Part shown: piece by piece, positions 42,060 through 52,602 of the stretch
Position numbering within the stretch: position 1 is the stretch's first letter
Layout: every line of letters begins with the position of its first letter
Assembly: GCF_048403405.1 (NCBI RefSeq)
Contig: NZ_CP183129.1
DNA length: 64,000 nt
Reading direction: 5' to 3' (one strand)
DNA from: Escherichia coli
GTDB lineage: Bacteria; Pseudomonadota; Gammaproteobacteria; Enterobacterales; Enterobacteriaceae
The notes under the pieces: model-generated
Seen by the model: only the letters and a program-made list of their open reading frames with translations
What the model was told of the DNA's origin: nothing
The model's database searches: none
Translations under genes and position numbers: made by a program

Positions 42060-43552
42060 AAGTGAAATCCAATACGCTGGTCAAAATTCTGGTGCCGTCC
42101 GCACTGGCGTTGGCGGTGCTGATTGGTATCAAAAGCTGCCAGCCCGACACGCCGGTCACCGGCAGCGGACAGGACAACCTGTCTCAGTCAATCAATGACC
42201 TTGACCCAGGGGAGCTGAAGTCACTCGGGATTGAGGGGGATACCCCGGCCGATACACTGAGGACGCTGATTGGCACTATGAAAACGGTACGTGACCGTCA
42301 GGCGGAATTGATCGCCCAGAATGAGAAATTGCTGGAAGAGAATGCGCAGCTGCGTAACCGGCAGCAGAATGTGTCGGGGCAGATCCAGTCTGCGGTGGCT
42401 TCCGTCCGTCAGGAAGCGGAGAGTCAGCAGCGTGCCCTGCAACAGGAGCAGCAGACACTGATGCGGCGTCTGGATAGCCTGGGGGAAACGCTGACAGCAT
42501 CAGGTGGTCAGCCGGCTCAGGGCAGCGGACAAGGCGATATTCCGCTGGGACTGGGGCTGGATACCGGGGGCAGCGGACTGACGGTGAAAGACGGGTTGCT
42601 GTGGGCTGAGCCGCAGGATGCACAACCGGCTGAACCGGGGCGGATGGTGAACGGACAACCGGCTAAACCGGCGTTTCCGACCTCTTTTCTGGAGGATAAC
42701 GCCATTACCCGTCAGAAAGCGGAACTGGACCGGGTGGCCAAAAATCAGCGCACGCTCTCCGGTACAGTGGACGGTGAGGCCCATACCGAACCGGCGTACA
42801 CGATACCGGAGAATGCCACCCTGGTGGGCAGCCAGGCGATGACGGCGTTGCTGGGGCGGGTGCCCATTGACGGTAAAGTGACCGATCCGTATCCGTTCAA
42901 GGTGGTGGTGGGAAAAGACAACCTCACGGCGAACGGCATTGAGTTACCGGATGTGGAAGGGGCGGTGATCAGCGGCTCGGCCACCGGTGACTGGACATTG
43001 TCCTGTGTGCGCGGGGATATCACCTCGATCACCTTTGTTTTTACGGACGGCACGATCCGCACGGTGCCGAAGCCGGCTGACCGGACGGACGGCGGCAGTC
43101 AGGCCAACAGCGGACAGAATGCCCGTAATAACGGCGGGTCGCTCGGCTGGATTTCAGATGAGAGCGGGATCCCGTGTATCAGCGGTGAACGTAAAACCAA
43201 TGCCGGCACCTATCTGCCGACCCTGTTTGCCCTGACGGCAGCGGCCTCGGCCGGGGATGCGATGTCGCAGAGTCAGTATACCGCGCAGAACAACGGGTAC
43301 GGTATCACCTCCTCGCTCTCTGGGGATGCGGGGAAAGCGGCGCTGGGCAGTGCCATCGGCGGCGGGTTTAAGGATGTGGCGGACTGGGTGAAATCCCGCT
43401 ACGGGCAGACCTTTGATGCGGTGTATGTGCCGCCGGGGCAGAAAGTCGCGGTGCATATCAGCCGTCAGATCCCGGTGGATTATGAATCGCAGGGACGCCG
43501 GGTGAATTACGGTTTTTCACTGACAGAGGGTGAGGAAGGAGGTCTGGAGTGA
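42056..43552 (+). CDS. ICE protein, PFL_4705 family-like (TIGR03752; VirB10/TraB-like role suspected)
   Basis: ATGA overlap, N-terminal TM, coiled coil (QNEKLLEENAQLRNRQQ), Gly/Gln-rich linker, C-terminal beta domain. Confidence 0.55.
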   Translation: MKVKSNTLVKILVPSALALAVLIGIKSCQPDTPVTGSGQDNLSQSINDLDPGELKSLGIEGDTPADTLRTLIGTMKTVRDRQAELIAQNEKLLEENAQLRNRQQNVSGQIQSAVASVRQEAESQQRALQQEQQTLMRRLDSLGETLTASGGQPAQGSGQGDIPLGLGLDTGGSGLTVKDGLLWAEPQDAQPAEPGRMVNGQPAKPAFPTSFLEDNAITRQKAELDRVAKNQRTLSGTVDGEAHTEPAYTIPENATLVGSQAMTALLGRVPIDGKVTDPYPFKVVVGKDNLTANGIELPDVEGAVISGSATGDWTLSCVRGDITSITFVFTDGTIRTVPKPADRTDGGSQANSGQNARNNGGSLGWISDESGIPCISGERKTNAGTYLPTLFALTAAASAGDAMSQSQYTAQNNGYGITSSLSGDAGKAALGSAIGGGFKDVADWVKSRYGQTFDAVYVPPGQKVAVHISRQIPVDYESQGRRVNYGFSLTEGEEGGLE

Positions 43553-44034
43553 CGTATTTTGCGAAGCCGGGGGTGCTGGCTGTGACGCCGGTGACGTTTC
43601 CGCTGGTGTTTGTGTTCAGTGCCGGACAGGCCGGTTGTACTGGAAGTCATTTTTGCCTGACGGTGGCCGGTCATCAGGTGTTTGATGAGGAGCAACAGCA
43701 GCTGATTGCCGGCATGTCACCGGCGACGATACAGCTGGCGTGGCAGAGTACCGCCGGTGAGACGCCCGGGGCGGTTCTGTCTGTGGGCCGTCACCGGGTG
43801 GGGCTGAGTGACAACGACATTACCGTTTACCGGTTTGCCCCGCGGGATGAGGCGTGGCCGCAGGACAGTGACTGGGATCGCCTGCTGTACACCGTTTTTA
43901 AAGGGGAGGCGCCGGATAAAGCCGGCTGGCAATGTGTGCCTTTTTCACTATCTGAACTGAGCTGTCACGGTGAGTTTGCCCGGCTGACCTGCCGGGGGGC
44001 GATCCTGAAGGGCGCGGGAGGCGTCATATCATGA
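43549..44034 (+). CDS. Hypothetical protein of the transfer operon (GTG start)
   Basis: GTGA overlap with the upstream stop and ATGA overlap with the downstream start. No family recognised. Confidence 0.4.
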   Translation: MTYFAKPGVLAVTPVTFPLVFVFSAGQAGCTGSHFCLTVAGHQVFDEEQQQLIAGMSPATIQLAWQSTAGETPGAVLSVGRHRVGLSDNDITVYRFAPRDEAWPQDSDWDRLLYTVFKGEAPDKAGWQCVPFSLSELSCHGEFARLTCRGAILKGAGGVIS

Positions 44035-44468
44035 GAATGATGAAATGTGTGATGAAAAGCAGAGTGCTGTGCGCACTGGTGTTGTTGCTGGCCGGCTGTG
44101 CCACCTCCAAAGAGGAGCTGCTGCCGGCGGGAAACAGCGACATGATGGCCATCTGGTCCGGCAGACAGGCTGATCCGAACGGTGCGGCGGACAGCCGGAC
44201 GGTGACGGAGACCGCCCGCAGCGCCCTGCGACGCGCCCTGACGAATGATGAAGCCGCGCGCCTTCAGCAGGCGGACACCGCGTATACCCGGACACAAAGC
44301 AGTGAGATCCATCAGCAGTTTCCGCGTCTGCCGAACCCGGACATGGTGATGTATGTGTTCCCGCATCTCTCGGCCGGCAATCTGCCGGTGCCGGGATACA
44401 GTACGGTGTTTCCGTTTTACCATCAAGTGCAGTATGCCCTGCCGGGTGAGCGTGTGGAGGGCTTGTGA
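44031..44468 (+). CDS. Conjugative transfer region lipoprotein (TIGR03751-like)
   Basis: Lipobox LLLAGC. Sits immediately upstream of, and coupled to, the ATPase gene. Confidence 0.6.
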   Translation: MRMMKCVMKSRVLCALVLLLAGCATSKEELLPAGNSDMMAIWSGRQADPNGAADSRTVTETARSALRRALTNDEAARLQQADTAYTRTQSSEIHQQFPRLPNPDMVMYVFPHLSAGNLPVPGYSTVFPFYHQVQYALPGERVEGL

Positions 44469-47335
44469 TGGGATTTTCATTATTCCGCTCACGCCGGAAA
44501 GCGCAGGCGGTTTCTGCTGAAAAAACGGATGAAAACAAGGCTGACAAAACCGTACACCGCAGTACACCGGCAGAGAATGCCGGTTTAGGCCGTCAGCCGC
44601 TTTCCCGGCCGGGAAAAATGACCCGGGCGGATGAGCAGAAGATTTACCATGCGAATCCGTCCTTTATTGATTACCTGCCCTGGGTGGAATTTCTGGATGA
44701 GGAGCAATGCCTGCTGCTTGATGACGGGGTGTCGGTCGGGGCGGTGTATGCCGTTGAGCCGGCGCCGACGGAAGGGCGCTCTGCCGGCCGTCTGCTCGAA
44801 ATCCGGGATGCGGTGGAGGATGCGCTTCAGGACAGTCTGGATGAGCATGATGATAACCCGTGGGTGGTGCAGTTTTTTTGTCAGGATGAGGACGACGTGA
44901 GCGTCACACTGGCCACATTGCGGGACTATATCCTGCCGGCGGCCCGGGGCACCGCGTTTACCGAAGCCTGGCTGACCGAAATGGCGCGTCATTTACGGGG
45001 GATTGCCCGTCCGGAAGGGCTGTTTAAGGACACGGAGGTGACCGGACAACCCTGGCGCGGACAGCAGCGCCGGACCCGGATGGTGGTTTACCGCCGGCTG
45101 GGGAACAGCTATACCGATCCGATGCCGCCGGTGGCGATGCTCAATCAGATGTGTGACCGGCTGGTCAGCAGTCTGGGCAGTGCCGGCGTGCAGTGTGTCC
45201 GCCAGGACGGGAGGCAGGTGCATCAGTGGCTGCTGCGTCATTTCAATCCGGCCCCTGACTGGGTGGACCGGGAGACGCTGTACCGGGAAGGGGCGTACTG
45301 GCCGGCGGCGGAGGAAGCCCCGGGCACCCTGCCGGTGCTGAAGGATTTTGCGGAAACGCTGTGGTTTACCCCGCCCCGGTCGGATGTGGAAAACGGCGTG
45401 TGGTGGTTTGATAACCTGGCGCACGGTGTGGTGAATATCGAAAAACTGCGTAAAGCCCCGGGGCCGGGGCACCTGACCGGGGAGCAGAAGCGCGGTGACA
45501 AAAATATCAATGCGCTGATGGACCTGTTTCCGGAAGGGACGATGCTGTCGATGACCATCGTCACACAGCCTCAGGATACGCTGGAGCAGGAATTTACCCG
45601 GCTGGGGAAAAACTCGGTGGGGGAAAACACCGACTCGCAACGTACCCGCCGGGACGTGGAAACCGCCAGAGGTTTACTGGGGCACCGCCATAAGCTTTAC
45701 CGGGCCTCCCTGTCATTGCTGCTGCGTGCCGGCTCGGTGGAGGAACTGAACAAAAAGCGCGTGGATCTGACGGCCACGCTGCTGAATGCCGGTCTGGAGC
45801 CGGTGAAGCCGGAATATGATGTGGCGCCGCTGAACGGGTATCTGCGTGCCCTGCCGATGTGTTTTGACCCGCAGACGGATAAAAAACACTGGTATACCCG
45901 GCTGACCTGGGTACAGCACCTGGCCGGATTACTGCCGGTGACCGGGCGCACCAGCGGCACCGGGCATCCCGGCTGGAGTTTCTTTAACCGGGGCGGCGGG
46001 GTGCTGACCTTTGATCCGCAGAATAAACAGGATCGTACCCAGAATGCGCATCTGCTGTTATTCGGTCCCACCGGGGCCGGTAAATCCGCCACCTTATGCG
46101 CACAGTTATCGCAGCTGATGGCGGTCCGCCGTCCGCGTCTGTTTATTGCGGAGGCCGGTAACTCCTTTGGTTTACTGGCGGACTATTACGCCAGTCTGGG
46201 GCTGAGTGTCAATAAGGTCAGTGTCAAGCCCGGCAGCGGGGTGCGTCTGCCGCTGTTTGCGGATGCGCATCAGCTGCTGATGATGGATGAACAGCGTCTG
46301 GCACTGAATGCGGATGAACTGCCAGAGACGGACAGTGAATCTGAGGATGATGACGGGCAGCGTGACATTCTGGGGGAAATGGAAATCTCCGCCCGCATGA
46401 TGATCACCGGCGGGGATGTGCGGGAAGAAGCGGAGCTGAAGCGGGCTGACCGGGCGATGATCCGCCGGGCGCTGATGGCGGGGGCCCGGGCGTCTTATGC
46501 CGCCGACCGGCAGATGCTGCCGGCGGATTTGCAGGAGGCGCTGTATGCCCTCTCCCGGGGGGAAGGTGAAGAGGAAGGGCGGGCATTAAATCCGCAGCGC
46601 CGGGCGAAAGCGGCCGAAATGGCGGAATCCCTGGGGATGTTTACCGAACCGGGCAGTTTTGAGCATGAGCTGTTTAATCTGCCGGGGGAGCTGTGGCCGG
46701 AGGCGGATGTGACCCTGATTGATTTGGGGCACCTGGCGCGGGAAGGGTATGAGGCCCAGATGGCGCTGACGATGGTGAGTCTTATCAACTCCATCAACAA
46801 TATTGCCGAGCGGGATCAGTACCGGGCCCGGGACATTAATTTTGTGGTGGATGAGGCGCATATCGTGACGGTCAACCCGCTGTTATCCCCCTATGTGACC
46901 AAAGTGGTGAAAATGTGGCGGAAACTGGGGGCCTGGCTGTGGCTGGCGACCCAGAACCTCGATGACTATCCGGACTGTGCCGAGAAAATGCTCAATATGG
47001 CGGAGTGGTGGGTGTGTCTGACGATGCCGCAGAAAGAGGTGGAGGCAATCGCCCGCTTTAAGACGCTCAGTGAGGAGCAGAAACAGGTGCTGCTGTCCGC
47101 AGCCAAACTCTCCGGCTGTTACACGGAAGGGGTGGTGCTGGCGCGGAAAGTGGAGGCGCTGTTCCGGGTGGTACAGCCGAGCTTATATCTGGCGCTGGGG
47201 ATGACGGAAAAAGAGGAGAAGCAGCAACGGCGGGTGCTGATGGAGCAATACGGATGCAGTGAGCTGGAAGCGGCGTTCAGGGTGGCAGATGAACTTGACC
47301 GGAAACGGGGGTTACCGCCCCGGGTGCCGGGATGA
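44465..47335 (+). CDS. Conjugative transfer ATPase, VirB4/TraC-like (TIGR03744, PFL_4706 family)
   Basis: 956 aa. Walker A LFGPTGAGKS and Walker B-like NFVVDEAH. Confidence 0.85.
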   Translation: MMGFSLFRSRRKAQAVSAEKTDENKADKTVHRSTPAENAGLGRQPLSRPGKMTRADEQKIYHANPSFIDYLPWVEFLDEEQCLLLDDGVSVGAVYAVEPAPTEGRSAGRLLEIRDAVEDALQDSLDEHDDNPWVVQFFCQDEDDVSVTLATLRDYILPAARGTAFTEAWLTEMARHLRGIARPEGLFKDTEVTGQPWRGQQRRTRMVVYRRLGNSYTDPMPPVAMLNQMCDRLVSSLGSAGVQCVRQDGRQVHQWLLRHFNPAPDWVDRETLYREGAYWPAAEEAPGTLPVLKDFAETLWFTPPRSDVENGVWWFDNLAHGVVNIEKLRKAPGPGHLTGEQKRGDKNINALMDLFPEGTMLSMTIVTQPQDTLEQEFTRLGKNSVGENTDSQRTRRDVETARGLLGHRHKLYRASLSLLLRAGSVEELNKKRVDLTATLLNAGLEPVKPEYDVAPLNGYLRALPMCFDPQTDKKHWYTRLTWVQHLAGLLPVTGRTSGTGHPGWSFFNRGGGVLTFDPQNKQDRTQNAHLLLFGPTGAGKSATLCAQLSQLMAVRRPRLFIAEAGNSFGLLADYYASLGLSVNKVSVKPGSGVRLPLFADAHQLLMMDEQRLALNADELPETDSESEDDDGQRDILGEMEISARMMITGGDVREEAELKRADRAMIRRALMAGARASYAADRQMLPADLQEALYALSRGEGEEEGRALNPQRRAKAAEMAESLGMFTEPGSFEHELFNLPGELWPEADVTLIDLGHLAREGYEAQMALTMVSLINSINNIAERDQYRARDINFVVDEAHIVTVNPLLSPYVTKVVKMWRKLGAWLWLATQNLDDYPDCAEKMLNMAEWWVCLTMPQKEVEAIARFKTLSEEQKQVLLSAAKLSGCYTEGVVLARKVEALFRVVQPSLYLALGMTEKEEKQQRRVLMEQYGCSELEAAFRVADELDRKRGLPPRVPG

Positions 47336-47429
47336 TGAAACGGGTGGAGCAGGGAGTGGGTAAACCGTGTTGCAGCACGGCTTACCCGGCCGCTTCATTG
47401 GGTATGTTAAAAAGAGGAAACATGACGTC

Positions 47430-49655
47430 ATGAAAACGACGGGAGTTAAAGTAACGCTTTTGTCGCTGGTTGTCAGTTATTCCTGCGCTTTACAGGCCAA
47501 AAACGTGTCACTGGGGGACACGGCCGTGGCCACGGGGCAGCACAGTACGGCTGTCGGTGAGGGCAGTATGGCGCTGGGGAACAATATGACGGCGGAACAG
47601 GCGCAGGCGGCGATGAAAGCCCAGAATGCCCTGTTGCAGAACAGGGCGCAGGCGCATGAGCAGTACATGCAGACGCAGGCCCTGTTTGACAGTAAATCGC
47701 TGGCGAACAGCAATATTCTGGAGCGTCAGGAAGCGATGAAACCGTTGTTGCAGCAACAGGAGACCCTGGCGGGTCAGCGTACCGCGCAACAGCAGCAGGT
47801 GACACAGGCACAGCAGGTCGCTGACCGGATGGCACAGATTTATGAACGCAATCTGGGGGCGGTTTCACAGATTGTGGATGAGAATTTTGTGGCGTTGTGG
47901 CAGCAGGGGCAGGCTGACCGTCTGGCTCAGGAAGTGAAAAAACGGGTTGAGCAGGATACGTCGGTCAGTAATGACACGCAGTTTTATGTCAGTTATGTTA
48001 ATGCCTATATTGAAGCGAAAACCAGAAGTGCTCTGGTTAATGAAACCATCAAAGAGAAAACCGGTTCTCAGATTACGACCAACTATCAGGGTGTGGCCCT
48101 GTCCCCGGTACTGAGTGCCGGCCACAGTGATAAAGCGATGCTGTGGTCGGATGCGGTCACGGACAGCGAGCAGAAGAAACAATTATCCCGTTTACACCTG
48201 AATACCGCGGCCCTGAAGGGCGTTGCCGGTTATCAGGAAGAGCTGGCCAAAATCGCCCTGATCACCTCTGCGGACGGGAAAAAGAATCTGTATCAGGCTT
48301 ATCAGAAAAATGCCCGGCAGCAAATTGAGCAGGGGCTCACCGGGGTGACAGAGGCCGGGAAGCAGATCCTGTCAGAGCTGTATCTGGATAACATCGATGA
48401 AGGCACCTTTAATCAGATGGTCAGCGGTATTTTCACCCGCTATGAGAATCAGCTGAACTACCTGATCCAGCTGGATAAGGTCAACAGTTTATCGCCGGAC
48501 AGCCCGGATTATGCCAAAGAGTTACAGCAACTGCTGGTACTGGAAAGCCGTCCCCGGGATAACACCGTCGGGCTGAATACCAACCCGGAGGCGCTGAAAC
48601 AAAAAGTGGATCAGTACCTTCAGGACAATGCGCTCAGTCACACACAGGCCATGTCGTCACAGGCCACACAGCTGAAACAGCAGTTATCGGCGGAAAAAGC
48701 CGTCACCGATCAGGCACTGAAGCAGGCAGAAACGCAACTCTCCCGGCTGGAAAAGGATCTCTCCGCGCTGGATACAAAGTTGTCTGATTTGCGTCCGACG
48801 CAATCCGAGCTGGAAAACATCCGGGATCTGGAGAAGGTGAAAGCCGAACTGGCGCAGAAACAGGCGGAATATCAGGCGGCGGATAAAGCCCTGAATGAGG
48901 CGCAGAGTACGCTGAGTCAGGGTAAACAGGCTGTTGCGGTCGGGGATAAGAGTCTGGCGCTGGGCGAAAAATCCGTGGCACTGAGTGTGGATGCCCGGGC
49001 GCTGGCGAAAAACAGTGTGGCACTGGGGGACGGCAGCCTGGCTGACCGGGATAACAGCGTGTCCGTCGGCCGTGAAGGTCAGGAACGTTTTCTGACGCAT
49101 GTGGCGGCCGGCATTGCAAAAACGGATGCGGTCAACAAAGGGCAACTGGATGAGGAGCGGGATGCGCGTATTGCCGGCGATAAGCAGACGCTGAAACAGG
49201 CCATGGACTACACCGATGTGAGCATTCAGTACAGTGAGGCGAAGATAAACAAGCGGATTACGGAAGAGCAGCAGGCCCGTATTGAGGGGGAGGAACAGAC
49301 CCTGGCGGCCGCAAACCGCTATACCGATGAGACGTTCGGGCAGGTGACCCACACGGTGCTGGACAATGCCCGGCAGTATACCGACCAGCGTTTCAGTCAG
49401 CTGGACAATAAAATCAGTCAGGTGGAGAAACGGGCCAATGCGGGGATTGCCGGGGTGACCGCAATATCTTCCATTCCGTATGTGAACAGTGAGCGTTTTT
49501 CGTTCGGGATGGCGATGGGGCATTACCGTGATGCACAGGCGATAGCCACCGGGGTGCAGTATAAGCCGACGGCCAATACCAATGTGCGCCTGAATGCGTC
49601 ATGGAATAACGGCGGCGATACCAGTATCGGCGCCGGGTTTGCGGTGGGCTGGTAA
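47430..49655 (+). CDS. Trimeric autotransporter adhesin (YadA/Oca family)
   Basis: Signal peptide. YadA-head-like repeats (SLGDTAVATGQHSTAVGEGSMALGNN; KSLALGEKSVALSVDARALAKNSVALGDGSLA). Neck motif SVSVGREGQERFLTHVAAGIAKTDAVNKGQL. Long Q/A/L coiled-coil stalk. C-terminal 4-strand anchor AGIAGVTAISSIPYV...GAGFAVGW. Confidence 0.85.
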   Translation: MKTTGVKVTLLSLVVSYSCALQAKNVSLGDTAVATGQHSTAVGEGSMALGNNMTAEQAQAAMKAQNALLQNRAQAHEQYMQTQALFDSKSLANSNILERQEAMKPLLQQQETLAGQRTAQQQQVTQAQQVADRMAQIYERNLGAVSQIVDENFVALWQQGQADRLAQEVKKRVEQDTSVSNDTQFYVSYVNAYIEAKTRSALVNETIKEKTGSQITTNYQGVALSPVLSAGHSDKAMLWSDAVTDSEQKKQLSRLHLNTAALKGVAGYQEELAKIALITSADGKKNLYQAYQKNARQQIEQGLTGVTEAGKQILSELYLDNIDEGTFNQMVSGIFTRYENQLNYLIQLDKVNSLSPDSPDYAKELQQLLVLESRPRDNTVGLNTNPEALKQKVDQYLQDNALSHTQAMSSQATQLKQQLSAEKAVTDQALKQAETQLSRLEKDLSALDTKLSDLRPTQSELENIRDLEKVKAELAQKQAEYQAADKALNEAQSTLSQGKQAVAVGDKSLALGEKSVALSVDARALAKNSVALGDGSLADRDNSVSVGREGQERFLTHVAAGIAKTDAVNKGQLDEERDARIAGDKQTLKQAMDYTDVSIQYSEAKINKRITEEQQARIEGEEQTLAAANRYTDETFGQVTHTVLDNARQYTDQRFSQLDNKISQVEKRANAGIAGVTAISSIPYVNSERFSFGMAMGHYRDAQAIATGVQYKPTANTNVRLNASWNNGGDTSIGAGFAVGW

Positions 49656-49661
49656 CCGGTG

Positions 49662-49688
49662 AAAACCCGCCGGTCACCGGCGGGTTTT
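49662..49688 (+). terminator. Rho-independent terminator after the adhesin gene
   Basis: 12-bp perfect stem AAAACCCGCCGG / CCGGCGGGTTTT with a 3-nt loop. The A- and T-tracts are part of the stem. Confidence 0.7.
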
Positions 49689-49733
49689 GATGCGCTTTTC
49701 TTCTCTCACCGTTCGTTTGTGAGGACTGACCGA

Positions 49734-50174
49734 ATGAAAAAACGATTTTTATCTCTTTCCGGATTGCTGATGCTGTCGCTGTCATGCCTGCCGTTGACCG
49801 CCGGGGCGGCAGTGGTGCTGTATACCACGCAGGATGACGCTCTGCCGCAGACGGACATCCCGTTTGAGGTGGTGTATCTGGATGCGCCTGAACGCCTGCT
49901 GGATGAGGCCCTGCTTCAGCCGGGGACGGAACTGAGTGAAGCGGATGCCCTGCACATCACCGCCCTGTTACAAAGTCCGGCCTGGCAGGCCAGAGAAACG
50001 GCATTACGGCAGGCTTATCAGGGCGTGGTTCAGGCCTGGCAGCTGGGGGTGTCATCTCTGCCGGCGGTCGTCGTTGATGCGCAGTGGGTGGTTTACGGCA
50101 CCACCGATATTGCACAGGCGGTGACGCAGATACAGCAGTACCGGGAACAACAGGAAGGAGGAGGTCAACCATGA
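49734..50174 (+). CDS. ICE protein, PFL_4709 family-like (TIGR03757 / DUF1525)
   Basis: Signal peptide MKKRFLSLSGLLMLSLSCLPLTAGA, syntenic slot, ATGA overlap with the next gene. Confidence 0.55.
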   Translation: MKKRFLSLSGLLMLSLSCLPLTAGAAVVLYTTQDDALPQTDIPFEVVYLDAPERLLDEALLQPGTELSEADALHITALLQSPAWQARETALRQAYQGVVQAWQLGVSSLPAVVVDAQWVVYGTTDIAQAVTQIQQYREQQEGGGQP

Positions 50175-51145
50175 CCCGACAATCACATCGCCGGCGTCTG
50201 GCGGGGGCTTTGTTACTCGGTTGTTCACTGGTGCCGGTGGCGGAAGCCAGTCTGAGTACCGCCACTCTGGTCGCTTCTGCGGCCTCACCGTCGTGTATCA
50301 GCTGGCGTATCAGCGGGATTTGCTACTGGCTGAAGTGTGGCTGGGGCGGCTGCCGTATCCGGACATCTGTCCGGGTGTCACATTTTATTCCGCAGGCGGT
50401 GGTCTCGGCCTACCATGCCCCGGGTGAAAACCCGTGGCGGGAAATGTCACTGGTCAGCGGGGCGGCCGGCGGGATTGAAAATGCCGTGACCGGCGTGCTG
50501 AGCGGGGTATCTGCCGGGGGCGGAAACAGTGAACAGAAGTTTGAGGCAAAACGTAAAACCGCCCTGCACTTTTTTTATGCGGATGCTATCGGTCATCCGG
50601 CAACCACCCTTATCGGCGGCAGTATTCCGGGGTATTCCTGTGACAGCGCAGCCACACCGCTGTTTCCTTATTACCTGAGCACGCTCGACAGTGTGCCGTG
50701 GCGGCTCGGTGTGCCGGAAATGGCGTATCCGGAAGCGATAATTCCCGGGAAACGGGAAATCGGGGGGCAGAGCCGGGGCAACATGTGGGGAAATCTCTAT
50801 CCGCGCAGCGGTTTTGTCAACCAGCAGGACGGGGATAAAGCGGCGGCTGTGGTGGCGCAGCGCGTGGCAGATATTATGACCCGCACCGGGCAGGCGCATA
50901 CCTATGTGCCCCTGAAAGGCAACCGCCGGGATGGCTATTGGCCGCCGGACGCGGTGACGGAGAATACCGGGACAAAAAACCATAAATGGCAGCGCCTGTC
51001 GCCGGGGCTGAAAAACAGCTGTGCGGTGTTTCCGGATGAGGGCGGAGCACAGGCACAGGACGGTAATTATGCCTGGGCATTGTGGCAGCCGTACAGCTGC
51101 TGCAAGCGCATGGGGCAAAAATTTCTGTACAGCACAACGTTTTAA
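50171..51145 (+). CDS. TraU-like ICE protein (TIGR03756, PFL_4710 family)
   Basis: Signal peptide. Cys-rich CISWRISGICYWLKCGWGGC motif typical of TraU-type proteins. Confidence 0.6.
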   Translation: MTRQSHRRRLAGALLLGCSLVPVAEASLSTATLVASAASPSCISWRISGICYWLKCGWGGCRIRTSVRVSHFIPQAVVSAYHAPGENPWREMSLVSGAAGGIENAVTGVLSGVSAGGGNSEQKFEAKRKTALHFFYADAIGHPATTLIGGSIPGYSCDSAATPLFPYYLSTLDSVPWRLGVPEMAYPEAIIPGKREIGGQSRGNMWGNLYPRSGFVNQQDGDKAAAVVAQRVADIMTRTGQAHTYVPLKGNRRDGYWPPDAVTENTGTKNHKWQRLSPGLKNSCAVFPDEGGAQAQDGNYAWALWQPYSCCKRMGQKFLYSTTF

Positions 51146-51159
51146 GCAGGGATTTTAAG

Positions 51160-52602
51160 ATGATGAAAGCAAAACGACACACGTTTTTTCCGCCGGCGCT
51201 GACACTGATGGTGTTATGCAGTGTACCGGCATTTTCTGTCCGGGCCGGGCTGGATTTTTCTGCCGGTGCGAATGATATCGGCTACGGCGCAAATGTTTCC
51301 GGCGCGGTCTCCGACAAACTGTACTACAACCTGGGCGGCGGCACGGTGTTATCCCAGCCGCCGGGGCGCAGTAATCTGCAACGTCTGGGGATGAGCATGG
51401 GCTGGAACAGTGATCTGATGTGCGGCAATTTTGATATCAAAACCACGGTGGGCAACCAGCTGAACGGGGTGACGGCCGGCTTTAAGAATCTGATGAGTGA
51501 GGTGATCCAGAATGCCACCGGGGCGGTGGCCAGTCTGCCGGCGATGGCTATCCAGCGGGCGAATCCCGGCCTGTATGAAATGCTGACCAACGGGGTGTTG
51601 CAGGCTAATGTGGCGTTTGATAAGGCGCAGCTGAACTGTCAGAACATGGCTAAACGGATGATGGACTTTTCAGAAAATAATCAGTGGACGCAGGCGGCGA
51701 TCCTCGAAGAAGCAAAGAATATCATCAATAACAGTGACGGGGATGCGGTAAAAACTGACCAGCAAATTCAGCAAAGCAGTGGCGATAAAGGGGTTGTATG
51801 GATAGGCGGGAAACAGCGCGGTGGGGTTGGTCAGCCTGCGATTCAGCCGGCGCAGGATTTTGCACAGGCCGGCTTTAATATCATGAACGGTCTGCCGGCA
51901 ACCAGTACGGCCCCGGTGCCGGCCGGCCAGTGTAACGGAGCCGCTTGCAGGCGCTTTGCCAACAGTGAGGAAGCCGCTCAGGTGGTCACACAGGTGCTGG
52001 GCAGCAAATCGGTCCGCACCTGCACCAATCCGGCGGATTGTCAGAGCGGCGGTGAGGCGGAGCAACCGGGCAGTTCCCAGCCAGGAACCGGGCTGGCACC
52101 GGTGCTGGAGACCACCACCCGGGAAAATTTGGAACAGCTGCATAAACTGGTGAACAGCCGGGGCGCGGTCGGGGCGGCAGAGTTGGCGAAACTGAAAACC
52201 GGCAGCCTGACGGTCTCCCGGGGGGTGATTGAAGCGCTGCGCCGGGATCCGGATAAAACGGCATTAACACAGCGTCTGGCCGGTGAGCTGGCGATGGCGG
52301 ACACGATGGAGCTGGCGCTGACGATGCGCCGGATGCTGATCACCGGCCAGGGGGAGCCGAATGCCGGTAATTTTCCGAAAGCCCAGGAGATCGGTAACCA
52401 GTCGGTTGACCAGCTGGATCGCGAAATCGGGATGCTGCAAACGGAAATGGAAGTGCGTAAATCCATTGCCAATAACGCGATGCTGACGGTGATTGAGCGT
52501 GATCAGCAACGGACACAGGCGAACCCTGCCACCCAGACCCCAGATAATACGGATGTGCGTGTACAGGGACTGGAGCAAAACAGTGACACCGGAGGACGTT
52601 AA
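51160..52602 (+). CDS. ICE protein, PFL_4711 family-like (TIGR03755)
   Basis: Signal peptide, conserved Cys pairs, syntenic slot between the TraU-like gene and TraG. Confidence 0.55.
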   Translation: MMKAKRHTFFPPALTLMVLCSVPAFSVRAGLDFSAGANDIGYGANVSGAVSDKLYYNLGGGTVLSQPPGRSNLQRLGMSMGWNSDLMCGNFDIKTTVGNQLNGVTAGFKNLMSEVIQNATGAVASLPAMAIQRANPGLYEMLTNGVLQANVAFDKAQLNCQNMAKRMMDFSENNQWTQAAILEEAKNIINNSDGDAVKTDQQIQQSSGDKGVVWIGGKQRGGVGQPAIQPAQDFAQAGFNIMNGLPATSTAPVPAGQCNGAACRRFANSEEAAQVVTQVLGSKSVRTCTNPADCQSGGEAEQPGSSQPGTGLAPVLETTTRENLEQLHKLVNSRGAVGAAELAKLKTGSLTVSRGVIEALRRDPDKTALTQRLAGELAMADTMELALTMRRMLITGQGEPNAGNFPKAQEIGNQSVDQLDREIGMLQTEMEVRKSIANNAMLTVIERDQQRTQANPATQTPDNTDVRVQGLEQNSDTGGR

